Virus record (IMG/VR): IMGVR_UViG_3300012920_000029
Coordinates: 1-64,000 of that record
Source: a virus
Direction: 5' to 3' (one strand)
Length of the DNA stretch: 64,000 bases
The notes beneath the pieces are model-generated. The model saw only the letters and a list, made by a program, of their open reading frames with translations. It did no database searches and had not been told where the DNA came from. The number at the start of each line of letters is the position of its first letter. Within the stretch, counting starts at the first letter, position 1. Shown here one piece after another: positions 33,083 through 42,883 of the stretch. Position numbers and translations under genes: made by a program.

Positions 33083-35065
33083 TTACTCCATTTGAGTATG
33101 AATATCGATAGAGAAAGCATCTAATACTACTGACCTAGGCCAGGATACTGTAGATACTTTCTCTACAAAATCGTTTATGTAGTCAGTTAGTAGATCTACA
33201 GTGGTAGTAGATTTAGCTAACTCTTTTAGAGAGGTATTAGTAGGCATATGCACAGTGTGATTATATCCAGGTAAAAGATATTTACATACCCCAAAACTAC
33301 CTTTAGCTCCATAATAGCGAGGCTTAGTGATGTCTACAAAAGCTTTCATTAGGTATAATACTCTAATAGACCAGTCATTCAACCAAGTATTAGCATAAAC
33401 CCTAGAGCGAGGCATATCACCAAAAGTAGTGATAAACTCTTCAGCTGTAATGGATACATACCAAGCAGTCTCAGATGAACTAAATTCTCTTTTACCACAA
33501 CTAGCTCGATAGTCGTGTGTAGGTAGTAAAATTGACCACTCAGAGGTCTCTGTATTAGAGAATCTTTCTAACCCCGCTATTCCTGTATGTACTCTAGAGC
33601 TCATATTTGATATGAACTTTGCTTTACTTTCTCTACCCCAACTATTCATAACTGAAGAGCATAGTTCGGAGGACATCTCATACTCTACAAAGGTTGTCAT
33701 AGAAGTAGGCAATATTATAGCTCCATAGAAGAACCTATCGTTAGCTTTAATAATTCCCATAGCTTCTTTAACTTTAGGAGTTAGTTCTACTTGGCTAAAT
33801 TCTTGGTACACGTTACAGGTAAATCTATTAGGGCTGATATTCTCAGTAGCATCAAGAATAAAAAGCTTAGCCGCTATTCTAATTAAAGTAGATTCTAAAC
33901 CCGAAGTTTCTTTAGTAGTAGCACCCTTACAGTTTTTAGATACATTGGTATAACTATGTAGATATGCTTTGTTTAGCTGAAGAGATTCGCAACTAGGTCT
34001 TAGAATACATTTAGAACACTCTTCCTCCTTAAACTTTTTTACCTCAGCCCTTCTAGATTGGTAATCTAAGTAAATACGTATTCCTTTATTTACATAGTTT
34101 GTTCCTACGTACCCACCAGAGGACTTTGAACCTTGTACGCTTAGAAGTAATTGCTCTGTACTTCTGAATGCGCCGAATGATGCTGGGGAGCTTCTTCTTA
34201 AAAGCCTAAAGGAATTATCCATAATAACTCTATGTGCAGCCATAGGAGCGTAAGTCAGGGCTGTGGAAGAAGCTATTTTCTTAGCAGCTTTTTTAATTTT
34301 AGCTTGGTTTAATCTAAAACCATAATCTACTTGATTATCTGTTAGTAAAGGTACACAGTTATGACTATTAGAGCAGCTTAAGCATCCAGCCATATACAGA
34401 CTGCCCAATTCATCGCATTCATCTGAAAACTCGGATAGCAAATTTACTCGTTGAAGGGAGTCTTCGAGTTTGTAGTATAAATAGAGATCCTTAGTTAACT
34501 TGTTATAAAAGTTCAGCATAAGACTTTCGGGTAAGAAAGGGCTTATTAAGGTAAAATCGCAAAAAATATCTTCTCTCAAGTTTCTTAAGAAAACCGATAA
34601 CTTTTGAGAACTTTCTAAGTCAGCTTCTAGTTCGTCCGGATCCTTATCAAAGAATTTATTTAAGGTAAACTCACCTTTGAAAAAATCTACACCTTTATTC
34701 CTCATAGACCAGTGATCAATGTCCATTTTTGACCCTATAGAGCCCATTAGCAACTTAGAATATATTGCGTAAGTAGGGCCATCTAGTACGTAAACTTCCG
34801 ACCAATCTTCTAAGACCGATTCAACTACCTCTTCTATTATCGGGGTATCCTTAGAAGTAATCATTAAGCAATTAGAATTAGAACCCCCTGTCAGGTAGGT
34901 TTGTCCTCTACCAGACCAGGAAACACGTTCTTTCTTTCTAATAGAGTCAACCCAACTAGTAGGGCTGGATCTAAATTCTGTCCATATAGGTTGTGAGAAG
35001 GTAGAGTGCAAATAATGTGTGGGTTCACTTAATCTAGTAGGCATTACGTAAATAGATTTATCCAT
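33083..35065 (-). CDS. Cys-cluster-containing hypothetical protein directly downstream of RT
   Basis: 660 aa; CLSCSNSHNC and CSKCILRPSC motifs; overlaps RT stop. Confidence 0.65.
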   Translation of the reverse strand: MDKSIYVMPTRLSEPTHYLHSTFSQPIWTEFRSSPTSWVDSIRKKERVSWSGRGQTYLTGGSNSNCLMITSKDTPIIEEVVESVLEDWSEVYVLDGPTYAIYSKLLMGSIGSKMDIDHWSMRNKGVDFFKGEFTLNKFFDKDPDELEADLESSQKLSVFLRNLREDIFCDFTLISPFLPESLMLNFYNKLTKDLYLYYKLEDSLQRVNLLSEFSDECDELGSLYMAGCLSCSNSHNCVPLLTDNQVDYGFRLNQAKIKKAAKKIASSTALTYAPMAAHRVIMDNSFRLLRRSSPASFGAFRSTEQLLLSVQGSKSSGGYVGTNYVNKGIRIYLDYQSRRAEVKKFKEEECSKCILRPSCESLQLNKAYLHSYTNVSKNCKGATTKETSGLESTLIRIAAKLFILDATENISPNRFTCNVYQEFSQVELTPKVKEAMGIIKANDRFFYGAIILPTSMTTFVEYEMSSELCSSVMNSWGRESKAKFISNMSSRVHTGIAGLERFSNTETSEWSILLPTHDYRASCGKREFSSSETAWYVSITAEEFITTFGDMPRSRVYANTWLNDWSIRVLYLMKAFVDITKPRYYGAKGSFGVCKYLLPGYNHTVHMPTNTSLKELAKSTTTVDLLTDYINDFVEKVSTVSWPRSVVLDAFSIDIHTQME

Positions 35066-36041
35066 AAATTTCCTTAAGTTTTTCTAAGTAAGTGGTCACT
35101 AGAGTAGCTCTAGCGCTAGCAAGGTAGGGTTTCCAGTAGTTAACTCTACCTTCAATAGAAAGTAGTAAAGAAGTGTCTTCTTCTACTTTAAAGTATTCTT
35201 TAGCTCTGCGCTCTTGCTCAGATCTATCTTTGTCAGAACAGTTAGCTAAGTTATGTAATATGGCTTTTAGACGTAACCATTTCTTTTTAGGAATGTTAGG
35301 CTTCGTGTTACAAGTAAATCCCAGAGCTTTTTGATTTCTGTAGTAGGGAAGTATCTTTTTCTTGTGACACCTCCACCCTAGCGTTGAAGCTATAACATCT
35401 AGTTTAGAAAGTACTTCTTTACCGTTTACTTTGTTAGTGGTAAATCCTAAGTATAGGTTATCACTATATCTAGTGTATTCGGCGTTTGGAAATTCTTTAA
35501 TTACCAAAGGGTCTAGTAAGAATTCGCAGACTCGATTACTCAGAAGCGGACTTACTACCGACCCCTGGGGTAAAAAACTTTTGCCCGCTGCATTTTTTAC
35601 ACAACAAAGCCTAGCTATTATGTAGGCTACTCTATCTGAAAACCCATGGTGTATCAGCATAGCTTTTACTTGCTTTAGTTTAATACTGTGGAAGTGGTTA
35701 ACAAAATCTGCAGTGACTAGTAGAGGATGTCGAGATAGTCTTTCTGCAGCCACTTCAATACCCACCCCTTGTTCATAAGCAAACGAAAACCCATTAGCAG
35801 GTAGCACTTCCTCTAGGTACTCTTTTAAACCTTTATGTACTTTTTTAAGCGCAGGGGATACTTTGTACACTTGCCTAATCTTCCTACCTTTAGGTATACG
35901 AATAGGTGTAAAATGGCTAGTATAGTGCTCTGGTTCGTAGTTACATTTACTTAGCCATATTAGTATTTTATACTCAATGTTTAGTCTATTAGCCAATAAT
36001 CTAGGAGTTATCATATCCAACACCTTTCTGACAAAGGGCAC
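35058..36041 (-). CDS. Reverse transcriptase, retron-like, with atypical YSDN catalytic motif
   Basis: IPKG.K.R, SFAY..G, TADF..HF.SI, LPQGS..SPLLSN, YTRYSDNL, Q.ALG..CN (where retrons have VTG). Confidence 0.85.
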   Translation of the reverse strand: MPFVRKVLDMITPRLLANRLNIEYKILIWLSKCNYEPEHYTSHFTPIRIPKGRKIRQVYKVSPALKKVHKGLKEYLEEVLPANGFSFAYEQGVGIEVAAERLSRHPLLVTADFVNHFHSIKLKQVKAMLIHHGFSDRVAYIIARLCCVKNAAGKSFLPQGSVVSPLLSNRVCEFLLDPLVIKEFPNAEYTRYSDNLYLGFTTNKVNGKEVLSKLDVIASTLGWRCHKKKILPYYRNQKALGFTCNTKPNIPKKKWLRLKAILHNLANCSDKDRSEQERRAKEYFKVEEDTSLLLSIEGRVNYWKPYLASARATLVTTYLEKLKEIYG

Positions 36042-36672
36042 ATCCTAAGGCACACTCTTTCGATAGGTACATTAGTTGATATGCGCAAGATTCTAGCACG
36101 CTATCAAGGGAGAAGATCTTCTCATCTTCATCTAGTTCATAAGTAAGCATCTGCGTAGTTTCGCATTTGAAAAAGAAATCAAATCTAGTTCTATTATGAA
36201 TAGAAGAATCTACACCAATCTCTTTCCCTGCAGGCCTCGTGGTAACGATTTCGTATGAATTACCGAAGAAACTTCCTAAAGCTTTAAAGCCATAAGGTTT
36301 CTGTACAGCTAAGGCAATATAAGTTTCAGGACACTCTAGGGGGACCTTCGCTATGTTAGCTAACTCATTTAAGAAGCTAGGTTCTTCTATCAAATAATCT
36401 AGTAACTCGTAGTAAACATTGGAATATTTGTCTACTATAAATGAGTTACCATACTTAGGTAATTCCTCAAGCATAGCTTCCTCATTTTTAAAGAGTACAA
36501 ATGAGCTCACTGTAGACCTAGTTCTACTTCCAGGAATTATTAGCTTATATTCAGGCCTATTTATAAATTCGAAAGCTATAGCATCGCTACTTAGTTTAAT
36601 AGGATTCATCACTAGCTGATTAATAGACCTTTGTTTTACAGCAGAAGGTAGTCGCATGTAGTGTCTAGACAT
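36001..36672 (-). CDS. Hypothetical protein upstream of RT
   Basis: 223-aa ORF overlapping both vWA gene and RT. Confidence 0.55.
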   Translation of the reverse strand: MSRHYMRLPSAVKQRSINQLVMNPIKLSSDAIAFEFINRPEYKLIIPGSRTRSTVSSFVLFKNEEAMLEELPKYGNSFIVDKYSNVYYELLDYLIEEPSFLNELANIAKVPLECPETYIALAVQKPYGFKALGSFFGNSYEIVTTRPAGKEIGVDSSIHNRTRFDFFFKCETTQMLTYELDEDEKIFSLDSVLESCAYQLMYLSKECALGCALCQKGVGYDNS

Positions 36673-38353
36673 TCTTTAGATGTATGAACTTGCCGTAAGA
36701 AGTAGAACCATATACCTCTGTGGGCCTATTAAAGTAACCCCAGGTATCTGCAGGAATCCTACCTACAGAGGAAATAAGCCAAAGAACTTTAGCTTCAGGA
36801 ATGCGAAGTTCCTGAGGAGGCAAGGTACACTCGCCGTCTGTAGCGTAAATAAGTAAATCTACATTTTTAGGAGGGCGCACTGTTTTAGCATGGTCGTCAT
36901 ACCACACCTTATCTCCGCGTACCCATTCGAATACAGGATTGAAAGATGTTCCTCCGCGGCCACGTAAATCCCTATCTATCTCTGAAGCTTTGCTCATCTC
37001 ATAGATTTTAACTATGCGAGTATCGCACTCTACTACAGTAACTTCTATCCCTGGGTTAGAACGCATAATACCTTCTAACTCAGCAAATATTTCCTGTACT
37101 TCACTATTGGAAACACTACCGCTGGTATCGATTGCGAAAACAATAGAGTACGTAGGATTTTTAATACGACCCGGAAAAGGAGACGTTCTAAAACCTTTAA
37201 TTCTGGTGTAGTTACGCTTAGGTCTACTCATGCTGCGTTTACGTAGATTAGGGTTAGCACTGGTAGTGTACCTCTTTAGTACATCACGCCAGTTAACCTC
37301 AGGATCCTTAGTTAGTTCGTCAACCCACGCTTTAATATTCCCTCCTACAGCACCCCTGCTTTTCTCATTTAAGTTACTAGAAGCATTTACCATAGCTCTT
37401 TTAAACTTACGATTTAGGGCCTCTGTAATTTCGTCAATAGATTTTTCAGAGTCACCAATAGCTGTATCTAGATCAGAGATAATTTGATCCTCCGAAAGAC
37501 CTGCACTACCCAAAAGCTCTTGTAACTGTTTATTAGTCATAGCTTCTAGAGCCTTACTTATGTTGGTAGAACTACCTTCCGTAGAGCTTCCCTCAGCGTT
37601 ATCAGAGGAAGTACCTCCGGGATAGCAATCTTCACCCTCTCCATCACTTCCTCCTATAGGAGGAGGCTTAAGCATGGAGTTATCCCCTCCAGCTCGTTTT
37701 AGTAATTCGTGAGTGTACCACTCCATAGACTTCAGAGGAGGTAATCCTGCGTCAACAGGGTGTATACCTGCGTAGGTACCCATCGCTTCTCCTTCAAATT
37801 TTTGTTCTTCAGTAGGATTTTCTATGGGAGTCCCTACACAGCATTTTAGTTCTCTTAGTGTAAAAATCTTAAACTGATTGATTAGCCACGAATTTAATGC
37901 GTAGTCAGCGGCTACATGCATAACCGCCGCTATTTTGATTAGTTTATCTTTATCTTCTTTGTAGATATCCCTAGCTTGCAACATACGTCCATTATGGCAT
38001 AAAGCTGCATGCCCTAGCTCATGGGTGATAACAATACCAGCACCTAGTTCGTCAAGCTCTTTTACCATATCAGGAGAGTAGCGCATAACATAATGACCAT
38101 TTTCTACAGCCATACTAAACGTAGGTGTATTAGGACATTTTATAATACGCATACCCGATAGGATATCTACAAAGAACGAGAACCTGCCTAGGTGAGAGTT
38201 TCTAACCATGAGCTTTGCAAGGTAGTTGTTCAAATTCTTTTCTAGTTTTATAATTTTAGGAGTATTTGATTTTTTACTCCCAATAATAGATCTTCTTCGT
38301 CGCATAAAGGACCTCCAATGATCGATCAAAATAATGATGTGACATTCAGCCAC
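36665..38353 (-). CDS. Metallopeptidase-vWA protein (DUF2201-like)
   Basis: HELGH, AADY..N, AIDTSGS (MIDAS), GRGGT.F.PVF, TDG; real start may be the ATG at 38305. Confidence 0.85.
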   Translation of the reverse strand: MAECHIIILIDHWRSFMRRRRSIIGSKKSNTPKIIKLEKNLNNYLAKLMVRNSHLGRFSFFVDILSGMRIIKCPNTPTFSMAVENGHYVMRYSPDMVKELDELGAGIVITHELGHAALCHNGRMLQARDIYKEDKDKLIKIAAVMHVAADYALNSWLINQFKIFTLRELKCCVGTPIENPTEEQKFEGEAMGTYAGIHPVDAGLPPLKSMEWYTHELLKRAGGDNSMLKPPPIGGSDGEGEDCYPGGTSSDNAEGSSTEGSSTNISKALEAMTNKQLQELLGSAGLSEDQIISDLDTAIGDSEKSIDEITEALNRKFKRAMVNASSNLNEKSRGAVGGNIKAWVDELTKDPEVNWRDVLKRYTTSANPNLRKRSMSRPKRNYTRIKGFRTSPFPGRIKNPTYSIVFAIDTSGSVSNSEVQEIFAELEGIMRSNPGIEVTVVECDTRIVKIYEMSKASEIDRDLRGRGGTSFNPVFEWVRGDKVWYDDHAKTVRPPKNVDLLIYATDGECTLPPQELRIPEAKVLWLISSVGRIPADTWGYFNRPTEVYGSTSYGKFIHLKNV

Positions 38354-39298
38354 TTGAAAACAATTCTAGAAGACATGCCTCAAATACGTGAGCATATTAA
38401 AGAAGCTCAAGTAGGTGAGGAAGTCCGTGAAAAAACTAGTAACAGTGCGTTTGCGGATACCTACAATCGCAGGTTCCCCGTAGCTTCGAAAGCAGACGCA
38501 ATACTGTCAAAAGCTTATGCCACAAAAGTGGCAAATCTTGCGCCAGAAATCATGAATAAAATAGATGTTGCACTTAAAATTTATGATGTTCCCAATAGTA
38601 TATTTGAAACTCAAAAAATAGCTTATGCTACCGAAGAACCTGACTATCTATTAGAGGCTCAACAAAAATTACCTTTGTACAAAAATACTATTACTAAAAC
38701 AGCTGAATACTACTTACATAAAAATGCACATAAATTAAGGCCTAATACTCTTTCTAGTGCTGCAGTAAAATTAGTAAAACACGCATCGTCTAGAGACGAA
38801 GAAGTTTCTACAGAAACTCTCAAGTATGCTGGGTTAGTACAATCTAACTTAGAAGAAGCAACTAACTGGATAGAAGCTAGGGCACATAAAGTAGATAACC
38901 CTAAATATGCAGAAGCATATACTAAGTTAGCTAACGTAGTAAGTAGCCTTGATACTGAGACCAGTAGAGATCAATTAATTAAAGTTTCTAACACCTTGGA
39001 AAATTTAGACACTCTTAGTGGTCTAGATGTTTACTACCACAAATATTTACCTGACTCAGTAAGCACTATTTTTAACACTAAAATAGCTATGGCACCTTCA
39101 GTAGACATGTCTGGTAAGCAAATAGGGTTAGAAAAATTACTAGCAGTAGACCCTTCTGTATACGGAGACATCTTAGGTTCTGATATAGTTGAGGAGATTA
39201 CGGAAAACGGTGAGTTAGACAGTCAAAAACTTATTGAGGTATTTGAGACTTTACCCGCAGATATGAAAGCACTGTTAGTGGAGAAATTATCTCTATGA
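38318..39298 (+). CDS. Hypothetical head-associated protein rich in K-x-A motifs
   Basis: KEA, KVA, KIA, KTA, KHA and KLA motifs; AFAD..RRFP motif. Confidence 0.6.
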   Translation: MIDQNNDVTFSHLKTILEDMPQIREHIKEAQVGEEVREKTSNSAFADTYNRRFPVASKADAILSKAYATKVANLAPEIMNKIDVALKIYDVPNSIFETQKIAYATEEPDYLLEAQQKLPLYKNTITKTAEYYLHKNAHKLRPNTLSSAAVKLVKHASSRDEEVSTETLKYAGLVQSNLEEATNWIEARAHKVDNPKYAEAYTKLANVVSSLDTETSRDQLIKVSNTLENLDTLSGLDVYYHKYLPDSVSTIFNTKIAMAPSVDMSGKQIGLEKLLAVDPSVYGDILGSDIVEEITENGELDSQKLIEVFETLPADMKALLVEKLSL

Positions 39299-39939
39299 TA
39301 GGTTCTGTAAAAAGCTCTTATAACAATGAAGTTAAAGCTAAGGAGCTATTGTCTAGTGACATGTTTATACCAGCTACGGCTTTAGTTATCTCTGCAGATA
39401 TAATAACTAGCGGTAATTTTTTTGCTTGGGAAATTGAGACTACGTTTGACTTCTTAGAAGAAGAAAATTGCTTACCCGAGCCCAAGAATCGGGATAGACT
39501 TATGGGAGCCATGTCTATATTGCTAAATCCAGCTTTTCTATGGGACGCTGGGGCTTTTATGGCAGTAAGCCAAACCTTCAACGGAGTCTTAGCGGTACCT
39601 GAAATTTGGGAGCCTCTAACACCCGCTAATGTGGCCTACACTCTAGACGAGATAGAGGCTGTTTACAAAGTATATAATAACACTAAGAAATTAGATCCCC
39701 TATATGCAGAGGAACCTAAGATATTCATGGCCGCTTGTTGTAAGGAGCATGGGGTATCCGTACTTCCTAAAGAGCTTATGTTATGTAAAGACCAGTTTCA
39801 CAGGTTGTATGACTTACCAGAAGACATACCAGATATAGTAAGCAATCCAATATTAGAACGTAAGTTAAAAGAAATAACTACTTATATACAGAAATTAACC
39901 CAACTAAGAGCAAACTTAGTTTCAAAGCTAAAAAAATAG
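39295..39939 (+). CDS. Hypothetical protein
   Basis: ATGA-coupled 214-aa ORF. Confidence 0.6.
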   Translation: MIGSVKSSYNNEVKAKELLSSDMFIPATALVISADIITSGNFFAWEIETTFDFLEEENCLPEPKNRDRLMGAMSILLNPAFLWDAGAFMAVSQTFNGVLAVPEIWEPLTPANVAYTLDEIEAVYKVYNNTKKLDPLYAEEPKIFMAACCKEHGVSVLPKELMLCKDQFHRLYDLPEDIPDIVSNPILERKLKEITTYIQKLTQLRANLVSKLKK

Positions 39940-39986
39940 ACACGAATGCTCCTAATATAAAGTATCTATTTTTTAGTAAATAGTTA

Positions 39987-40181
39987 CTAGCGTTTGAAGT
40001 TTAGCAAGGCTTTCATTGCCTCGTTTTCCATCTCTCTACGCCATTTTCTATCTTCTTCTAGCGCTTTTATTTTTTCCCTTAGTTTCTCAAGTAAGGGATT
40101 ATAGGTGCCTCTCCAAAAATTTCCATCGGAGAAGTCCTCCTGATCTCGTATAGCTTTAGCTAATGCTTCTAACTCCTCCAT
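39987..40181 (-). CDS. Small hypothetical protein
   Basis: 64 aa directly downstream of the AAA gene. Confidence 0.45.
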   Translation of the reverse strand: MEELEALAKAIRDQEDFSDGNFWRGTYNPLLEKLREKIKALEEDRKWRREMENEAMKALLNFKR

Positions 40182-40191
40182 CCTTTAGCCT

Positions 40192-41349
40192 TTAGCCTTT
40201 AATTATGCTCTTAATTTCTGGGAAGATCTCGGTGTTCCAGCCGTCCTTCTTAGACATTACTCCCAAAAGTAAGCGATAATAATTACCGTCTGTATTAACC
40301 TTGAACTTGTTAAGTTCGTGCATAAATTTCATTTTATGCTCTGCACTCAACTCAGCCCAGAATTTAACTACATTGGTAGCTGTAGTTTCTGTATCGGGCT
40401 GATTATCCATTACGAACATAGCTACTGATGTAGTTAGTCGAGACACTAGATCTGCTCGACCCTCACGCTCCATCTTTTCTATGATAGGTTTAGCTTTGCT
40501 AGTGTAGGCAGTAACTACTACCTTAGGAGGTAGTTTGTACTCACTATCTTCTGTAAAGCTTACAAAGTCGCTAGCCATGTCATAATTCAAATAGCCTGCT
40601 AGGATAGAGGCATCTAGTAGGCCTCCGTTAGCGTGGAGGAAGTTCGAAACCTCATGCCATACCGCAGGGTTTCCGTAGATTTTGCCAGCATTACGAGCTT
40701 TTTCGTCCATTAGCGCATCTACGTTACTCTCGATGTATTCTATCACATATTTGTGCATGTCTACCTTACGAGCATATTTAAGCCATCCGCTCACAGAATG
40801 TACAGCATAGTAGTGCTTGAGACGACGTCGCCAAGCAAAGTCAGACATAATGTCTTTAACAGCGTAGTCTCCGTTGTCTGGATTACAGGCGGCCATTAGG
40901 TAGCAGTTTTCAGGTAGTGGGTGTCCGTGTAACCGACGCTCAGTCAGGATATTAAACATGATAGTAGACACCGCTTCACTGGCGCGGGTTACTTCGTCCA
41001 GGAATAGTACGCTAGGCTTTCCTAGTTTCCCGGCTTCGAAAATAGGTTTGATCCATTCTGGCAACTTCATGCCAAAGTATTTAGGATCCTCATCATCAGC
41101 GAAAGGAATACCTAAGTCCTCTGGCTGACATTCGCTCATAGTTTTTGCTACGAAGGCATGTGCCTTTAACCGTTCTGCTATTTGATGGCAAATAGCAGTT
41201 TTGCCAATACCTGAGTCGCCGTGTAGGCAAGGAACTCCCCCACTCAAGCACACCCTAATGATGGTGTTAGCGGCATTAGAAATAGGCACTGTTGTAATCC
41301 CAAGTTTGTTAGTGTACTTTGTTATAGTAGAATCTGTTTGATTTGTCAT
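40192..41349 (-). CDS. MoxR-like AAA+ ATPase
   Basis: Walker A GDSGIGKT, Walker B LFLDE, AACNP, RR finger; GAGGAG RBS before MTNQ. Confidence 0.85.
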   Translation of the reverse strand: MTNQTDSTITKYTNKLGITTVPISNAANTIIRVCLSGGVPCLHGDSGIGKTAICHQIAERLKAHAFVAKTMSECQPEDLGIPFADDEDPKYFGMKLPEWIKPIFEAGKLGKPSVLFLDEVTRASEAVSTIMFNILTERRLHGHPLPENCYLMAACNPDNGDYAVKDIMSDFAWRRRLKHYYAVHSVSGWLKYARKVDMHKYVIEYIESNVDALMDEKARNAGKIYGNPAVWHEVSNFLHANGGLLDASILAGYLNYDMASDFVSFTEDSEYKLPPKVVVTAYTSKAKPIIEKMEREGRADLVSRLTTSVAMFVMDNQPDTETTATNVVKFWAELSAEHKMKFMHELNKFKVNTDGNYYRLLLGVMSKKDGWNTEIFPEIKSIIKG

Positions 41350-41359
41350 AGGACTCCTC

Positions 41360-42874
41360 ATGTTAATGATTAATAGAAAACAACTAGCTGAAGCTAGTCT
41401 TGAACTAGACGGAGATAGATTCTCCTTAAATGACTACCCTTTCTACCACGCTTTATACAAAGGTGAATGGCCTAGTACATTGCTTATGTGCGGTAGGCAA
41501 GTGGGTAAGTCGGTTAGTGCAGCCGCATTTAGTGTATGTGAAAGTGTGGCTATACCTCACTTCAAAACACTATATATAGCACCTACTCTTAAGCAAACCA
41601 GTACTTTTAGTAATACCCGTGTTTCTAAATTAGTGCGCCATAGCCCCGGTATCAAAGCTTTGATGGGGGCCGTTACCTCGGACAATGTATTTCTCAAAGT
41701 CCTAGGCAATGGTAGCGAGTTAATATTTAACTACGCCTCCGACGACCCTGATCGGGTTCGGGGAATCTCTGCAGACCGTGTCATATACGACGAGGTGCAG
41801 GACATAGATTATGACGCTGTAGTACCTGTAGTTAACGAGTGTTTAGCCAACTCTAAGTATGGCTTCGTTAGCTACATGGGTACTCCAAAAACACAAGAGA
41901 ATACTATTCAATTTATTTGGGACAACTCATCCCAGAGCGAGTGGTGCGTTAAATGCGACGCTTGCAGTAAGTACTCTTTTTATAGAACAGTGGACGGAGT
42001 AGGTAAAACAGGACCTATTTGTTTGCACTGCAAAAAAAATGTAGACCCTCGTAACGGTATGTGGGTAGACATGAAGAAAGAGTATTACACTAAGGCCTTC
42101 CATGTGCCTCAGATAATTCTTCCTGCCAATGCTGAGCATGGAAACCGTTGGGAGAGGATTCTAAATAAACTAGATACCTACTCTGATACCAAGTTCAAGA
42201 ACGAGGTATTAGGGGTAAGCGATAGCGTAGGTTCAAGGTTAATCTCTATGGAAGAATTGCATAGAGCCTGTAAATCTAGGCAGTCCGCTTCGGGGTTTGT
42301 TTGCGGAGGTGTAGACTGGTCTGGAGGTGGATCTAAAGGTCTTAGCCGAACCGTCTCTTGGGTATTCTCTCGATCTCCGGGTGGCAAGTTCGTGTGCCAT
42401 CATTATCATATCTACAAGGACGTTAATCCCGTGGATGCTGTAGATAGAATCGCCCAGACCTTCAGAGACCATCAGGTAGCTCTAGTCATGGGAGACGCTG
42501 GGGAAGGAGCCTTAGCTAATAGTCTGTTGACCAAGAAGCTTATGGGAACTCCAGTTTACCAGTGCCAGTACGGCTCTAGTTCCAAACCCCTGAAGTGGAA
42601 TGGAGTTGACCGGTATCTTGTAGATAGGACTACTCTTATCGATTGCTTCTTTTTAGACATCAAGCAAGGTAGAATTCAATTCTTATCCCAGTCTGAGATG
42701 AAAGAGGCCTTCGACGATTTTCTAGCTTTGTACGAAGAAGTCATGCCTTCAGGTAAGAAGGTGTGGCGTCACTCTCCCAACTCTCCAGATGACTGTCTCC
42801 ATGCGGCAGTGTTTTCATGGGCTGCGTGTAAGATATTAACCCATGATTTATCCTTCTACCATAAGGATTCTTAG
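41360..42874 (+). CDS. terL: Terminase large subunit
   Basis: GRQVGKS, RGISAD...DEVQD, GTPK coupling motif, CxxC..CxxC, GVDW, C-terminal PDD.LHA. Confidence 0.85.
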   Translation: MLMINRKQLAEASLELDGDRFSLNDYPFYHALYKGEWPSTLLMCGRQVGKSVSAAAFSVCESVAIPHFKTLYIAPTLKQTSTFSNTRVSKLVRHSPGIKALMGAVTSDNVFLKVLGNGSELIFNYASDDPDRVRGISADRVIYDEVQDIDYDAVVPVVNECLANSKYGFVSYMGTPKTQENTIQFIWDNSSQSEWCVKCDACSKYSFYRTVDGVGKTGPICLHCKKNVDPRNGMWVDMKKEYYTKAFHVPQIILPANAEHGNRWERILNKLDTYSDTKFKNEVLGVSDSVGSRLISMEELHRACKSRQSASGFVCGGVDWSGGGSKGLSRTVSWVFSRSPGGKFVCHHYHIYKDVNPVDAVDRIAQTFRDHQVALVMGDAGEGALANSLLTKKLMGTPVYQCQYGSSSKPLKWNGVDRYLVDRTTLIDCFFLDIKQGRIQFLSQSEMKEAFDDFLALYEEVMPSGKKVWRHSPNSPDDCLHAAVFSWAACKILTHDLSFYHKDS

Positions 42875-42883
42875 TTTCCGCTT

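Noticed and set aside
35058-36041. DGR or group II intron RT
   Set aside because: Has QGxxxSP rather than the DGR SQ motif; no TR/VR pair or avd seen; too short, without maturase/endonuclease domains or flanking intron RNA
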